Virus record (IMG/VR): IMGVR_UViG_3300034031_000030
Coordinates: 1 to 58,438 of that record
DNA length: 58,438 nucleotides
Strand: one strand, 5' to 3'
Source: a virus
Both the position numbers and the translations under genes were made by a program. The notes under the pieces were generated by a model. That model saw only the letters and a list, made by a program, of their open reading frames with translations, was not told where the DNA came from and made no database searches. Positions 37,730-46,757 of the stretch are shown one piece after another (positions within the stretch are counted from its first letter, which is position 1; each line of letters opens with the position of its first letter).

Positions 37730-39931
37730 ATGAGCAACGCAACCAATTCCTCGCCCGCCCCAAAATCTGAAAACTTTTTCATTCCGTTCGCGCCTCTGTC
37801 CCGTGGCGACCGCGATAACCGCATCGTGCGTGGCTATTGCTACACCACGGCGCGCGTGCGTGGCGACCGCTACAACCTGAAGCGCTCCGCTTTGGAGCGT
37901 TCGGCCAAGCGTTACATGGAAATGCCGTGCATCCGTGCGATGCACCAGCAGATCGCAGCCGGCAAAGCTCTCAGCGTTTCTTTCGATGACAAGGGCTGTT
38001 TTATCGAAGCCTTCATCAGCGACGATAAGGAATGGCAGAAGTGCGTTGATGGCGTGTATCGCGGCTTTTCGGTTTATGGCCATCCCCTCATCGCACGCGG
38101 AATGGACATCGAGGAGTTCGACTGGATTGAAACCAGCCTCGTCGATCGTCCCAAAGACGCCGGCTCTCTCTTTTCCGTCGGGCGCGTTGAAGGTACGGTC
38201 GAATCCGTCACCACCATCGAGCTTCCCGAAGATGCGACCGATGAGCAGGTCGAACTCGCCCGGTGCGAAGTCTCTTCATCTTACGTTGTCCCCTCAGAAG
38301 AAAGTGAGGGAGACATCGACGAATCGACCGTATCTCTTGGCCCGGTCGAGCGCGGCTACAACCCTGCCCAACCACGGGACGGCGAAGGCAAATGGACCAT
38401 CGTGCGCGGTCATCGCGTGAGCACAACCGGTGCGGCCATTACCCACGACCACATCCATCATGCCGTTGCCAAATTCGGACTTGGCGACTTAGCCCAGAAG
38501 AAACTGCTGCAGGCCCACGCCGACGGCAAGCTCACGAACGACCATCACCTGTACCGCGCCATCGCTCACGCGACGGATGCGCATGATACAGCGAGTGGCG
38601 TGACAACGGGCTCCCACAATCCCGGACCGTGGCACTGGGACGAAGCCATCAAGGCTCATGGCCACGGCGGAACCCACGAAGAAAAGCGCACCTGGGGCGC
38701 ACCTCACGCTGACGACTACAAGCACCTTACCGACAAGGAGCTGGCGACTCACCTCACCGAGAAGATCGCAGAAGCTCCGGTCAAGGCTCACAAGGATCTC
38801 GTCAAAGGCGACCGCGTGCTGCACGGCGGTCGATTGGTCGAGATCACCCACGTTAAGCAGCGCAAGGACAAGCCCAATACGGTTAAGGCACACGTCGTTC
38901 ATCCCGACTCCGGGAAGTTGGAAGAAGGCTCTCTGCACTCCGTTTCGCACTCCAGCGATTCATTCAGCGGCGCTAACCCTTCGACCTTCCACATCCCCAC
39001 CAGCCTCGTCATGGGCGCTGCTGCCGAGTTGCGTCGTCGCAAAGGTTTGTCACCTGTGAAACGCGGGGAAGAATCTGAACCTGGTTCACAAATCGACGGC
39101 GAAGGCGTTGGTGAAGCCAGCGCCGAAGCTGCAGGCGATGCTGTCGAGCGCGCTATCACTTCCGAGACTCCGGGCTTACCAGTCCGTGAAAACCTTGAAG
39201 GTGAAATCGTTCGCGGTGACTATGACACCGAATCGGTTGAAGCCGAGATCGACGGGTTGATCGAAGCCCTGTGGGATGCCTACGACGGTGAAGAAAGCGA
39301 ACCCCTTGTTCGCCGCGCTGTTGCGGCCGCTCTCGCGGTTCTTAATGGCGATTCCGCATCCGCATCGAGCGTTGCCCGCTCTGAAGGCGAAGCCATCGGC
39401 GACAACGCTCCTAACATTGAAACCACTTGCTCGGTTGTTGATAACGGCATCAGCAACGACATCGAGCCTAACCCGGACATTGTTCAACTGGTTGCACGCG
39501 CCGAAAGCGCTGAATCCGAACTTGAATCCGTCCGCCGTCTCGCAGACGAATCATTGTCCACAGTCCGCGCCTCCGAAGAATCGGCCTTGAGCCGGTTGGA
39601 AGCTGCAGAAGCGACAGTGACCGAGCTTGCAGACGCGCTCAAGAAACAAGAAGAGGAAATCGCAAGCCTTCGCGCCGTTCCCCTGAACGCCAGTCCTGTC
39701 CGCCGTAGTGAATCCTCTGAATCGACCCAGACCGGGGCAGTCGCAGCTCCGCGCGCGTTTGCGGCTAACGCAATGCTGGACACGACCCAGAGCAACGCGG
39801 CCCGACGCACAGCGCTGCAGACCGAATTTCAAGAGCTTCAGCGCTCTCTGCACACCGAACCCAGCACCGCCAAGCGCGACGCTGGAGCATCTCGCCTCAT
39901 CGTCATCCAAGACGAATTGACGCGGCTGTAA
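37730..39931 (+). CDS. Prohead protease fused to a scaffold-like C-terminal region
   Basis: The N-terminal ~170 aa resemble HK97-family prohead proteases (FFIPFAPLSRGDRDNRIVRGY...AMHQ...GFSVYG...ETSLVDRPKDAGS). The C-terminus is acidic and coiled-coil (SELESVRRLADESL...VTELADALKKQEEEIASLRA). It lies directly upstream of the MCP. Confidence 0.7.
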   Translation: MSNATNSSPAPKSENFFIPFAPLSRGDRDNRIVRGYCYTTARVRGDRYNLKRSALERSAKRYMEMPCIRAMHQQIAAGKALSVSFDDKGCFIEAFISDDKEWQKCVDGVYRGFSVYGHPLIARGMDIEEFDWIETSLVDRPKDAGSLFSVGRVEGTVESVTTIELPEDATDEQVELARCEVSSSYVVPSEESEGDIDESTVSLGPVERGYNPAQPRDGEGKWTIVRGHRVSTTGAAITHDHIHHAVAKFGLGDLAQKKLLQAHADGKLTNDHHLYRAIAHATDAHDTASGVTTGSHNPGPWHWDEAIKAHGHGGTHEEKRTWGAPHADDYKHLTDKELATHLTEKIAEAPVKAHKDLVKGDRVLHGGRLVEITHVKQRKDKPNTVKAHVVHPDSGKLEEGSLHSVSHSSDSFSGANPSTFHIPTSLVMGAAAELRRRKGLSPVKRGEESEPGSQIDGEGVGEASAEAAGDAVERAITSETPGLPVRENLEGEIVRGDYDTESVEAEIDGLIEALWDAYDGEESEPLVRRAVAAALAVLNGDSASASSVARSEGEAIGDNAPNIETTCSVVDNGISNDIEPNPDIVQLVARAESAESELESVRRLADESLSTVRASEESALSRLEAAEATVTELADALKKQEEEIASLRAVPLNASPVRRSESSESTQTGAVAAPRAFAANAMLDTTQSNAARRTALQTEFQELQRSLHTEPSTAKRDAGASRLIVIQDELTRL
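39073..39091. repeat. Class II palindrome copy inside the protease/scaffold CDS (reads EPGSQ)
   Basis: atcTGAACCTGGTTCACAa. Confidence 0.75.
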
Positions 39932-39960
39932 CCCATCAAATTTAGTTGGAGAAATTTAGA

Positions 39961-41304
39961 ATGAACGTTCCTTTTGTTGGTAGTCTGGCCGTCGGTGGCG
40001 CCTTCCTGGCAGCCGGCTTTATGGCTCCTAAAACCGTCAACGCTGGCGGCATCATGGTGCCCACGCACATCGTGCAGGCTGACGCAGCACAACGCGCTGC
40101 CGTCAACACCCCACCGGTCATTCGTGGCGAGTTGTCGCCCGAATTGCGCGCCGATCTCGACCGTGTATCGCGCGGCGAATTCGGTGGCGACCTCAGCGGT
40201 TTTGCCGCAAACATGGCCGCTGAAATCGACAGCTTGCGCCAAGAAGTTTCTCGCGCGATCACGTCCTCGACGGCAAACCTGCCGATCCGCGAAAACCTCG
40301 AAGCGCCGGCGATTGTCCTCGTGCCCGAAGACACGCCGTTCCGCAATACCCTGCCCCGCGTTCCGGGCAGCGGCCTCGCAGCGGTCTGGAAACAGATCGT
40401 CACCCTCGGCGGCGGCTGGGGCACTGATGTTGACCAGCCCGGCGGCGGTGCGAAGGTCCGCCAGTTCTACACCGAAAGCACAGCGCCGGTGACTCAGAGC
40501 ACCACCTACGCCACGAAAATGGCGCAGTACAAGCTGATGGGCGCCTATGGCAGCGTCACCACCTTCGCAGCTTCGGCCGGTGCTAATTACTCCGACCTTC
40601 GCGCGGAAGAGCGCCGTAACGCTCTGGCCAACTTCTTCCTCAACGAAGAGAACGCCCTCATCAACGGTTCCAGCACCTCGACGGCTGCGCCGTGGGGCGA
40701 TGGCGCTACTGCAATGGCGTATGATGGCATCCTCTCGCTGACGGCGACCGCCAACGGAACACCTGCGGCCCAGGTGCAGACGGCTGTTGGCCCGTTGACG
40801 CTCGACCACTACAACGCGCAGTTGCGTCGTTTGTGGAACTACGGTGGCCGTGATCTCTTCATTCTCCAGAGCGCGGATGTGACGTTGTGGCTGCAAAAGT
40901 TGTTGCGTGATGCAGGCGAACCCTATCGCCTCGATGTCAAAGACCAGGCGAATGCAACAATGGGCTTCCACGTTGCGGTTTACATCTCGCCGGTTAACGG
41001 ACAGCGCGTGACGATCATGACCTCGCGCTTCATGCCTGCCGGCACCATCGAGTTCGGCTCGTTCCTCACCGACACCGGGCGGAATGCGTTTGAAATCGAT
41101 GTTCTGCCACAGGCTCCTCTCCCTGCCGACGTGCAGCGCCCGGATGGCTCCAAGCAGTTGATCCAGGGCTACTACGTCACGGAGTTGGCTCGCCAGGCGG
41201 ACAACCCTGAAGAAGAGTTGTTCATGGTGAATTGCTACAGCGTGCCGAAGATGAAAGACGCACGCTTGTTCGCCAAGTCCACCGGTGTCACCGAACCGGC
41301 GTAA
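39961..41304 (+). CDS. Major capsid protein (putative HK97-fold)
   Basis: GGAGA RBS. ~447 aa. Positioned after the protease/scaffold and followed by a very strong hairpin. Confidence 0.7.
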   Translation: MNVPFVGSLAVGGAFLAAGFMAPKTVNAGGIMVPTHIVQADAAQRAAVNTPPVIRGELSPELRADLDRVSRGEFGGDLSGFAANMAAEIDSLRQEVSRAITSSTANLPIRENLEAPAIVLVPEDTPFRNTLPRVPGSGLAAVWKQIVTLGGGWGTDVDQPGGGAKVRQFYTESTAPVTQSTTYATKMAQYKLMGAYGSVTTFAASAGANYSDLRAEERRNALANFFLNEENALINGSSTSTAAPWGDGATAMAYDGILSLTATANGTPAAQVQTAVGPLTLDHYNAQLRRLWNYGGRDLFILQSADVTLWLQKLLRDAGEPYRLDVKDQANATMGFHVAVYISPVNGQRVTIMTSRFMPAGTIEFGSFLTDTGRNAFEIDVLPQAPLPADVQRPDGSKQLIQGYYVTELARQADNPEEELFMVNCYSVPKMKDARLFAKSTGVTEPA

Positions 41305-41311
41305 GCCAGAA

Positions 41312-41352
41312 GCATAGGGGCATGAGGGGTATCACCCCTCATGCCCCTATGC
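41312..41352. terminator. Unique 19-bp-stem hairpin after the capsid gene
   Basis: GCATAGGGGCATGAGGGGT-atc-ACCCCTCATGCCCCTATGC. Confidence 0.7.
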
Positions 41353-41390
41353 CACGTCGTGCCAACCCCTCTATTTTTCAATAGGAAATC

Positions 41391-41987
41391 ATGTCAAATT
41401 TTCGCGGGATCGCATCCCCTAACACCCTGACGAGCCAGGAAACGCTCGACAAAAGCACGCGCGAAGTCACCGGCGACGGTGGCGCTTTCTTGAAGTTGAA
41501 GAATTGCATCCGCGTTCTCGCCGTCTTCATGTCCACGGCCAGTGGCCGCATGGAAATCCCGATGAAGGAAGAGCGTCAGGTGATGGTTTCCAACACCGAT
41601 AACGCTCCTCTCGAAACCCAGGTGGAAGATCTCGTCCACCTCGTCACCGAAGGCTACGATATGCCTGTCTTGCTGCGTTCGGAACTCTCCAACAACGGCA
41701 AGTGGCAGAAAGGCGTGACCTTCATCATCGCCGGCGAATGGGCCGATGATGATGCCGCATCGAGTACGGTCGAACCCGATCCCAACGCGGGCGGCGAGAA
41801 CGGCGGCTCGAACAGCGATGACAAGGAAGATGTCGGCCTCGCGCCGGAGCTTCTCGAAAAGATCATCGAACTCGGCGGCCCTGAAAAGGCCATCGAGGCG
41901 ACGAACGAGCAGTTCAACGCGGTCGGTATTACCGGCCCGGCCATCACCAAAGTCCGCAACGCACTCAAGAAGATCGTCGGCGCGTAA
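41391..41987 (+). CDS. Hypothetical head-associated protein
   Basis: AGGAA RBS. Contains a class I half-copy read as SSTVEP. The function is inferred from position only. Confidence 0.55.
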   Translation: MSNFRGIASPNTLTSQETLDKSTREVTGDGGAFLKLKNCIRVLAVFMSTASGRMEIPMKEERQVMVSNTDNAPLETQVEDLVHLVTEGYDMPVLLRSELSNNGKWQKGVTFIIAGEWADDDAASSTVEPDPNAGGENGGSNSDDKEDVGLAPELLEKIIELGGPEKAIEATNEQFNAVGITGPAITKVRNALKKIVGA

Positions 41988-42020
41988 GCCCGGCAACATC
42001 TCCATCCGAGACAAATCAAT

Positions 42021-42049
42021 CACGAATATGAACCAGGTTCATATTCGTG
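42021..42049. repeat. Class II palindrome, extended perfect 29 bp (CACGAATATGAACCAGGTTCATATTCGTG)
   Basis: Read directly. Followed by TTTTTAGAA. Confidence 0.95.
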
Positions 42050-42077
42050 ATTTTTAGAAATTTCCGGGAGAACCCCA

Positions 42078-42386
42078 GTGAAAAAATTAAAAAAGCGATT
42101 GACGGGGCTCATGTCCCTCCTCCTGGCTGCAGTTGCCCTGCTTCCGGGCTTATTTCTTTGTGCTGTCCTCTGCGCCATGCCCGGCTCACAGGTCAAAGCA
42201 TACGGCCTGATGCCTGACTATCGGGCGACCTGCACGTCGTCTACCGGCGATGAATGCGCGGTGCGCGAAATCAACATCACGACGCGATGGTGCAATGTTC
42301 GGTTTGTGCTTCCTCGAATTGGTTTTTCTTTGTGGAACGGAAGCGGGCACCAGATAGCGCGACATAACTACCCGGCCACCGGCTAA
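42078..42386 (+). CDS. Secreted or lipoprotein-like small protein
   Basis: GGGAGA RBS then GTG. Signal-like MKKLKKRLTGLMSLLLAAVALLPGLFLCAV. Confidence 0.5.
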   Translation: MKKLKKRLTGLMSLLLAAVALLPGLFLCAVLCAMPGSQVKAYGLMPDYRATCTSSTGDECAVREINITTRWCNVRFVLPRIGFSLWNGSGHQIARHNYPATG

Positions 42387-42445
42387 TACCCCGGTGGCTT
42401 TCGTCGAGTCTCCTCCTCTTTTCAGCTGACCCTGTTTTTCATTCC

Positions 42446-43129
42446 ATGATCGACCTTACACAAGACCCTTCCGGCGCCTCGGTCGAAATTCTCCTCAAGA
42501 GCGCTTCTGTCTGGCCTGAAGGCGCGAACGATTCGCCTAAAGTCCTGTTTGCCCGTGAGCAGGCCGACATCGCAGCGGCCGCAGCCGTCAGTGAACTTGA
42601 GCGACGCACGGGTTGGTCGAAGTTCGTCGCCACGGCCGCAACAGAGCCGCACGAGCGCACTTTTCACGTCAACGCCGTCCAGTTCCAGCGTTCACGCCTA
42701 GTCTCGATCGATGATGGTTTGCAGCGCCTCGACAGCGTTCGTCTGCAAAACGCTGCCGTTCAGTTGTCCACGGTCGTTCCCAAGCCCGACAACGCACTCG
42801 TAAAGAATCTGGCCATCACTCACCTGCACTTCGCCTATATGCGGCCCCGGCCAATCGTCAACGCGATGTGGCCGATTGTGGTTGATGTGGCCGGAATCTG
42901 GGGCGCCTTCACCGACTGGCCGGCGGACGCCTGGGAACAGGTCAATCAGTACGCCGCGCTTCTGACCCTGACGCAGATCGAGAACCTGCAGAACATCGCA
43001 TCGCTTTCGCAGGACGGATTCAGCAAGGCGTACGACATCGTGGGCGTCATCCAGCAAAAAGACCTGGTGAACATCTGGGGCAAGGACTGGGAGAAAGTTA
43101 TTAAGCGTTACGCGAGGTTGATTGCCTGA
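42446..43129 (+). CDS. Hypothetical head-completion / connector candidate
   Basis: Position between the capsid and tail genes only. Confidence 0.5.
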   Translation: MIDLTQDPSGASVEILLKSASVWPEGANDSPKVLFAREQADIAAAAAVSELERRTGWSKFVATAATEPHERTFHVNAVQFQRSRLVSIDDGLQRLDSVRLQNAAVQLSTVVPKPDNALVKNLAITHLHFAYMRPRPIVNAMWPIVVDVAGIWGAFTDWPADAWEQVNQYAALLTLTQIENLQNIASLSQDGFSKAYDIVGVIQQKDLVNIWGKDWEKVIKRYARLIA

Positions 43130-43800
43130 TGACGCTGGAGCAACTGCAAAACCTCGATTATTCAGTCAACCCGTTTTCGAAAGGGATGATCGCTGACGAC
43201 TATCGCAAAGAATATGCGAAGCACGGCGAGCGTGTGCGCTGGTGGAAAGGTTACACGGCCGAAGACGGAATCGTGGGCCCTAACGGAGAAACCGTGGGGC
43301 GCAGCGGCCATTTGCACATCGAACAAAAACTTGCGCCTGAAGTGCGCGCGATATTTACGCAAACGAAGCGCGAGATCCTCGACACACAGTTTGGAACTCT
43401 TCCCAAAGGCAGCACGCAGATCAGCGTTATTCCCGACGAGATTTTCGCGGCCCGCGGCGACTGGTTTCTGGCCGAAGACAAAGAGCAAATCGGACGATAT
43501 TGGGTCGAGCCAACAGGAGATATCACGGACATCCCGTTCCGCTTTGTGAAACGGATCATCGCCGCCTACACCGAAGACGGTCCGCTTTCAGAAGCGAGCT
43601 ATGAGGTTTCCGCGCACAGTTCGATCCGCTATGGCAACGCGGTTTCATGGCTACAGGGCGTGCCTGCCACCCCGGTCGCTATTGAGGTTGTTTACGCGCC
43701 GCTCTTCATATTCCTCGATGTCTCCGACCGTCTGCCGTTTCGCGGACCGGACGATAAGTTCCTGCCGCAAATCGGCGTGTTGACACAAGAGCGCCTTTAA
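43129..43800 (+). CDS. Hypothetical head-tail joining candidate
   Basis: TGATGA coupling with the upstream gene. Confidence 0.5.
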   Translation: MTLEQLQNLDYSVNPFSKGMIADDYRKEYAKHGERVRWWKGYTAEDGIVGPNGETVGRSGHLHIEQKLAPEVRAIFTQTKREILDTQFGTLPKGSTQISVIPDEIFAARGDWFLAEDKEQIGRYWVEPTGDITDIPFRFVKRIIAAYTEDGPLSEASYEVSAHSSIRYGNAVSWLQGVPATPVAIEVVYAPLFIFLDVSDRLPFRGPDDKFLPQIGVLTQERL

Positions 43801-43813
43801 CGGCGCCGCTAGG

Positions 43814-43832
43814 AAATGAACTTGGTTCACAT
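43814..43832. repeat. Class II palindrome, degenerate (aaATGAACTTGGTTCACAT)
   Basis: The right arm is perfect; the left arm has mismatches. Followed by TTTAGAA. Confidence 0.6.
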
Positions 43833-43846
43833 TTTAGAAGGACATT

Positions 43847-44023
43847 ATGGCTATTGAAAAACGCACTGTTGACGGGAATGAAATCGAGTGGGACATCGAG
43901 CTTAACGGCGCGGCAATCCGCATCGAGCAGGACAACGACCGCAAGCCCAAAGCGCCGGCTGGAGAGAAACCGGCCGAAGGTTCCGCGCCTGTGAAGGCCA
44001 CGAAGAAATCCAATGGAAGCTGA
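43847..44023 (+). CDS. Hypothetical 58-aa protein (below the ORF-track cutoff)
   Basis: ATG follows GAAGGA. Overlaps the next start by 11 nt. Confidence 0.4.
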   Translation: MAIEKRTVDGNEIEWDIELNGAAIRIEQDNDRKPKAPAGEKPAEGSAPVKATKKSNGS

Positions 44024-44555
44024 GACTCCCAACCCGACGCTCGAAGAACTGCGTCTCGCTGGAGCCATTGTAAATGGCAATCTCGCCGCGGCCGAGGAAG
44101 AGATGGTGCGCCGTCTCAAAGCCTTGCTTCCGGCGGCGATCGTCGATTACAACGCGGAGAAAGGCTTGACGGGCAACCACGCCGTGCCGCCGATCACCGG
44201 CGTGGATATCTCGCCCACAGTATTGGTCGATGGCCACATTGGAAAAGTGCTCATTAAAACGAGTCTCACAACCGAAACCAGTGGCGGCGGCACTTTTAAG
44301 AACTCGGTTAACGTCGAGATTTTTTGGGTCAACGAACGCATCACACGCTCCAAGCAATCAACAACCGCTTGGCATCAGGCCGAGGTTATTGCCCGTTGCC
44401 TGTATTGGTTTCTCAACGGCGTTGTCAACGCGAATGGTGTGAAAGCCTGGCGCCAACTTATCCCAAATGGCTTCTCGCGCATGGAAGGAGAATGGGCCAA
44501 GGACTTCTCCGGGACCAACACCAAATTTTTCATGGTTCTAGCGCGCGGGCAGTAA
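44013..44555 (+). CDS. Hypothetical neck / tail-terminator candidate
   Basis: Position only. Confidence 0.5.
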   Translation: MEAETPNPTLEELRLAGAIVNGNLAAAEEEMVRRLKALLPAAIVDYNAEKGLTGNHAVPPITGVDISPTVLVDGHIGKVLIKTSLTTETSGGGTFKNSVNVEIFWVNERITRSKQSTTAWHQAEVIARCLYWFLNGVVNANGVKAWRQLIPNGFSRMEGEWAKDFSGTNTKFFMVLARGQ

Positions 44556-44579
44556 ACAGCGCATAAAAGCTCGATGGCG

Positions 44580-44620
44580 GAGTACGGTCGAAATCGAGCA
44601 TTCCAAATCCGACCGTACTT
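44580..44620. terminator. Class I palindromic element with an expanded loop
   Basis: GAGTACGGTCGAAATCGA-gcattccaaa-TCCGACCGTACTT followed by TTATTTT. Confidence 0.6.
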
Positions 44621-44630
44621 TTATTTTGAA

Positions 44631-44649
44631 ATGTGAACCTGGTTCAGAT
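44631..44649. repeat. Class II palindrome (ATGTGAACCTGGTTCAGAT)
   Basis: One mismatch. Confidence 0.85.
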
Positions 44650-44673
44650 CCGGTTTGCAGTGGGATATGAATT

Positions 44674-45654
44674 ATGGATTTTGAAAGCTCAACAGATGCC
44701 TTCGTCGGATTCGCCGTCGAAAGCGGCCCGATCGTCGAAAGTGCCGATGGAATGACGCCGGCCACTTTGCCTGCCCTGCCCGGCTCGCTGACTCTTTGCG
44801 GCATTACGCCGATCCCCGAGCGCCGCCGTGGACTCAACAACTCCTACGGCTTCACGACCGGCCAAGCCGCCGGCGCTTACGCCAAATGGGGTACGCAGAC
44901 GCCCGGACTCACCATCGTGATCCGTGGCGGCGGCGCATTGTCGCTTCTCGAAAAAGCGAATCGAGTCAGCGGCGAACTGCCGAACCTGATTTTCTTTGTC
45001 GGCGTGCCCGGCGTCTGGACCGAAGTTTTTCGCTTCTCGAAAATCAACATTATCGCTTTCAACCTGCGGGAGTCTCCCCAGGGTGAAGCGGCAGAGATTG
45101 AGATCACGCTCACGATCGAATCGTTGGCGTTTGAGGTTCTCAGCGTCCCGCTCAACCCCTCTCTTCCGACGTTGATCGCGGCTCTGTCCGCGCCGATGTT
45201 CTGGCATGATGTTCGGAGCTTCACCATCGCCAACAGCGCCGGTGTCGTGACCGACTTCCGCCAACGTGCGTTGATGGGCGCAACCGCGCAGGCGTCACAC
45301 AGCCTGGAGCGCAAGGGTGAGCGCAACGATTGGGGGCATGATGAGCCTCTTTCGCGCACGAACTTCGAGCTGCTCGAACATAACATCGTCGTGACTGGAA
45401 ATCTGCAGCTTCACACTCGAATTGCAGAAGCCTTTCTCTCGACGGGTAAGAAGTCTCAGAAATGGGGCAACGCGGCGTTTATGATTTCGGATGCTCCGGC
45501 TCTCGACGCTGGCGGAAACCAGATCCTCGTCACGCTTCTCAAGGCGATTCCCCAGGATGTCACCGGCGCGGCCACAGAGCCGGGCGCGCAGCTTTCCCAC
45601 GCAATTCCGTTCCTCGCGTCTAATTTCACCGTCGCTGCGGGCGCTGCCGCGTAG
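44674..45654 (+). CDS. Putative major tail tube protein
   Basis: A 326-aa ORF immediately upstream of the chaperone and tape-measure genes. No sheath-sized gene is present. Confidence 0.5.
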   Translation: MDFESSTDAFVGFAVESGPIVESADGMTPATLPALPGSLTLCGITPIPERRRGLNNSYGFTTGQAAGAYAKWGTQTPGLTIVIRGGGALSLLEKANRVSGELPNLIFFVGVPGVWTEVFRFSKINIIAFNLRESPQGEAAEIEITLTIESLAFEVLSVPLNPSLPTLIAALSAPMFWHDVRSFTIANSAGVVTDFRQRALMGATAQASHSLERKGERNDWGHDEPLSRTNFELLEHNIVVTGNLQLHTRIAEAFLSTGKKSQKWGNAAFMISDAPALDAGGNQILVTLLKAIPQDVTGAATEPGAQLSHAIPFLASNFTVAAGAAA

Positions 45655-45666
45655 TCGTTCTTATCC

Positions 45667-45698
45667 GAGGAGTACGGTCGAATTCGACCGTACTCCTC
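45667..45698. terminator. Class I palindromic element, perfect 32 bp
   Basis: GAGGAGTACGGTCGAATTCGACCGTACTCCTC. Confidence 0.6.
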
Positions 45699-45716
45699 CT
45701 GTCGAAGTAAACGCAG

Positions 45717-45735
45717 ATATGAACCTGGTTCACAT
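45717..45735. repeat. Class II palindrome (ATATGAACCTGGTTCACAT)
   Basis: One mismatch. TTTAGAA lies 7 nt downstream. Confidence 0.85.
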
Positions 45736-45770
45736 CTCAAATTTAGAAACGAAGTTTTCCCTGGAGAAAT

Positions 45771-46298
45771 ATGGAAGCGACGACGCTTAGCATCAACCCT
45801 TTGACCAAGCAGTATGAAGAAAGCGCTGCGCCGAATGCTGAAGGCATCGTCTGGCGCAAATCCGCGTTTCGTGACGAGCGCGGCCCCGGCATCTATCACC
45901 TCGATATTCCTGTAGCCGGCGGAACCCTTTACGCCGTCGAACTCAATGACGATGAATTTGAAGAGTATCTGGCGATCGCCAAGCATCTCGGCGAATCGAC
46001 CCGCAAAATGATTGCGGTCGAAGCCCAAGCGAAGGATCTCGAAGAAGCGGACAAGCATAAAGAAGCCCAAGACCTTCGCGCGTCGGTCGATAGCGAAGCA
46101 ACTGCTTGCATCCAGGGCGAACGCGACATCAAGAACTGGCTTTTTGAAAAAACGCTTGTCGGCTGGAGCTTCAAACGTCCTTTCTCCTTGAAAGCATTTT
46201 GCGGTCTGTCGAGTAGCGAACAAAGCAAGGCGTCGCAGAAAATCGCTGATGCCTGTAACGTCGGACGCGAAACGGATTTTTTAGCCGCCGTTTCCTGA
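45771..46298 (+). CDS. Tail assembly chaperone (lambda G-like, zero-frame product)
   Basis: Position directly upstream of the tape measure. It ends just after the slippery heptamer T_TTT_TTA. Confidence 0.7.
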   Translation: MEATTLSINPLTKQYEESAAPNAEGIVWRKSAFRDERGPGIYHLDIPVAGGTLYAVELNDDEFEEYLAIAKHLGESTRKMIAVEAQAKDLEEADKHKEAQDLRASVDSEATACIQGERDIKNWLFEKTLVGWSFKRPFSLKAFCGLSSSEQSKASQKIADACNVGRETDFLAAVS

Positions 46299-46522
46299 AG
46301 ACGCTCGAAGGCCAAAGCGGCCCGACAGGCACGCCCGATCAGGAGCGTTTTTTCGAGAAGCTATGGAAAGACTTCTGGCTTCTTGAAGGCGCGCCGAACG
46401 CGATTTCAGGAATAGGGAAAAGCCGCCGCTGGCAGGAAGGTATCAGCGTTTTTGCTTTCACCCTTAAGCGGCACGAGCTGTCGCTTCAACAACGTCTGCT
46501 CGATGCGTGGACGAAAAAATGA
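45771..46522 (+). CDS. Tail assembly chaperone -1 frameshift product (lambda GT-like)
   Basis: Heptamer T_TTT_TTA at 46277-46283 in the zero-frame register GAT TTT TTA. The -1 frame is open for 79 further sense codons up to the TGA at 46520-46522, and there is no ATG in that frame. Confidence 0.65.
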
Positions 46523-46523
46523 G

Positions 46524-46588
46524 TGCGGTCGAATATCAACTATCTATCAATTCGAAAAAAACTGATAGATAGTTGATATTCGACCGCA
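46524..46588. terminator. Class I-related long hairpin (26-bp perfect stem)
   Basis: TGCGGTCGAATATCAACTATCTATCA - 13-nt loop - TGATAGATAGTTGATATTCGACCGCA. Confidence 0.65.
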
Positions 46589-46600
46589 TACCGATTTCAG

Positions 46601-46619
46601 ATGTGAACCAGGTTCACAT
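46601..46619. repeat. Class II palindrome, perfect (ATGTGAACCAGGTTCACAT)
   Basis: Read directly. Confidence 0.95.
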
Positions 46620-46757
46620 TCTTGGTGCGAGAGCCTCACGGTGCAGCAGCGCCCCAGAACCAGAGGGCACCGACGACCAGCAAAGCCACACTCAAGAACG
46701 TGCCCGCAAACGCGCCAAAAACAAACTGTTTCATGGCGATGAAAAGGGGCTATTGCA

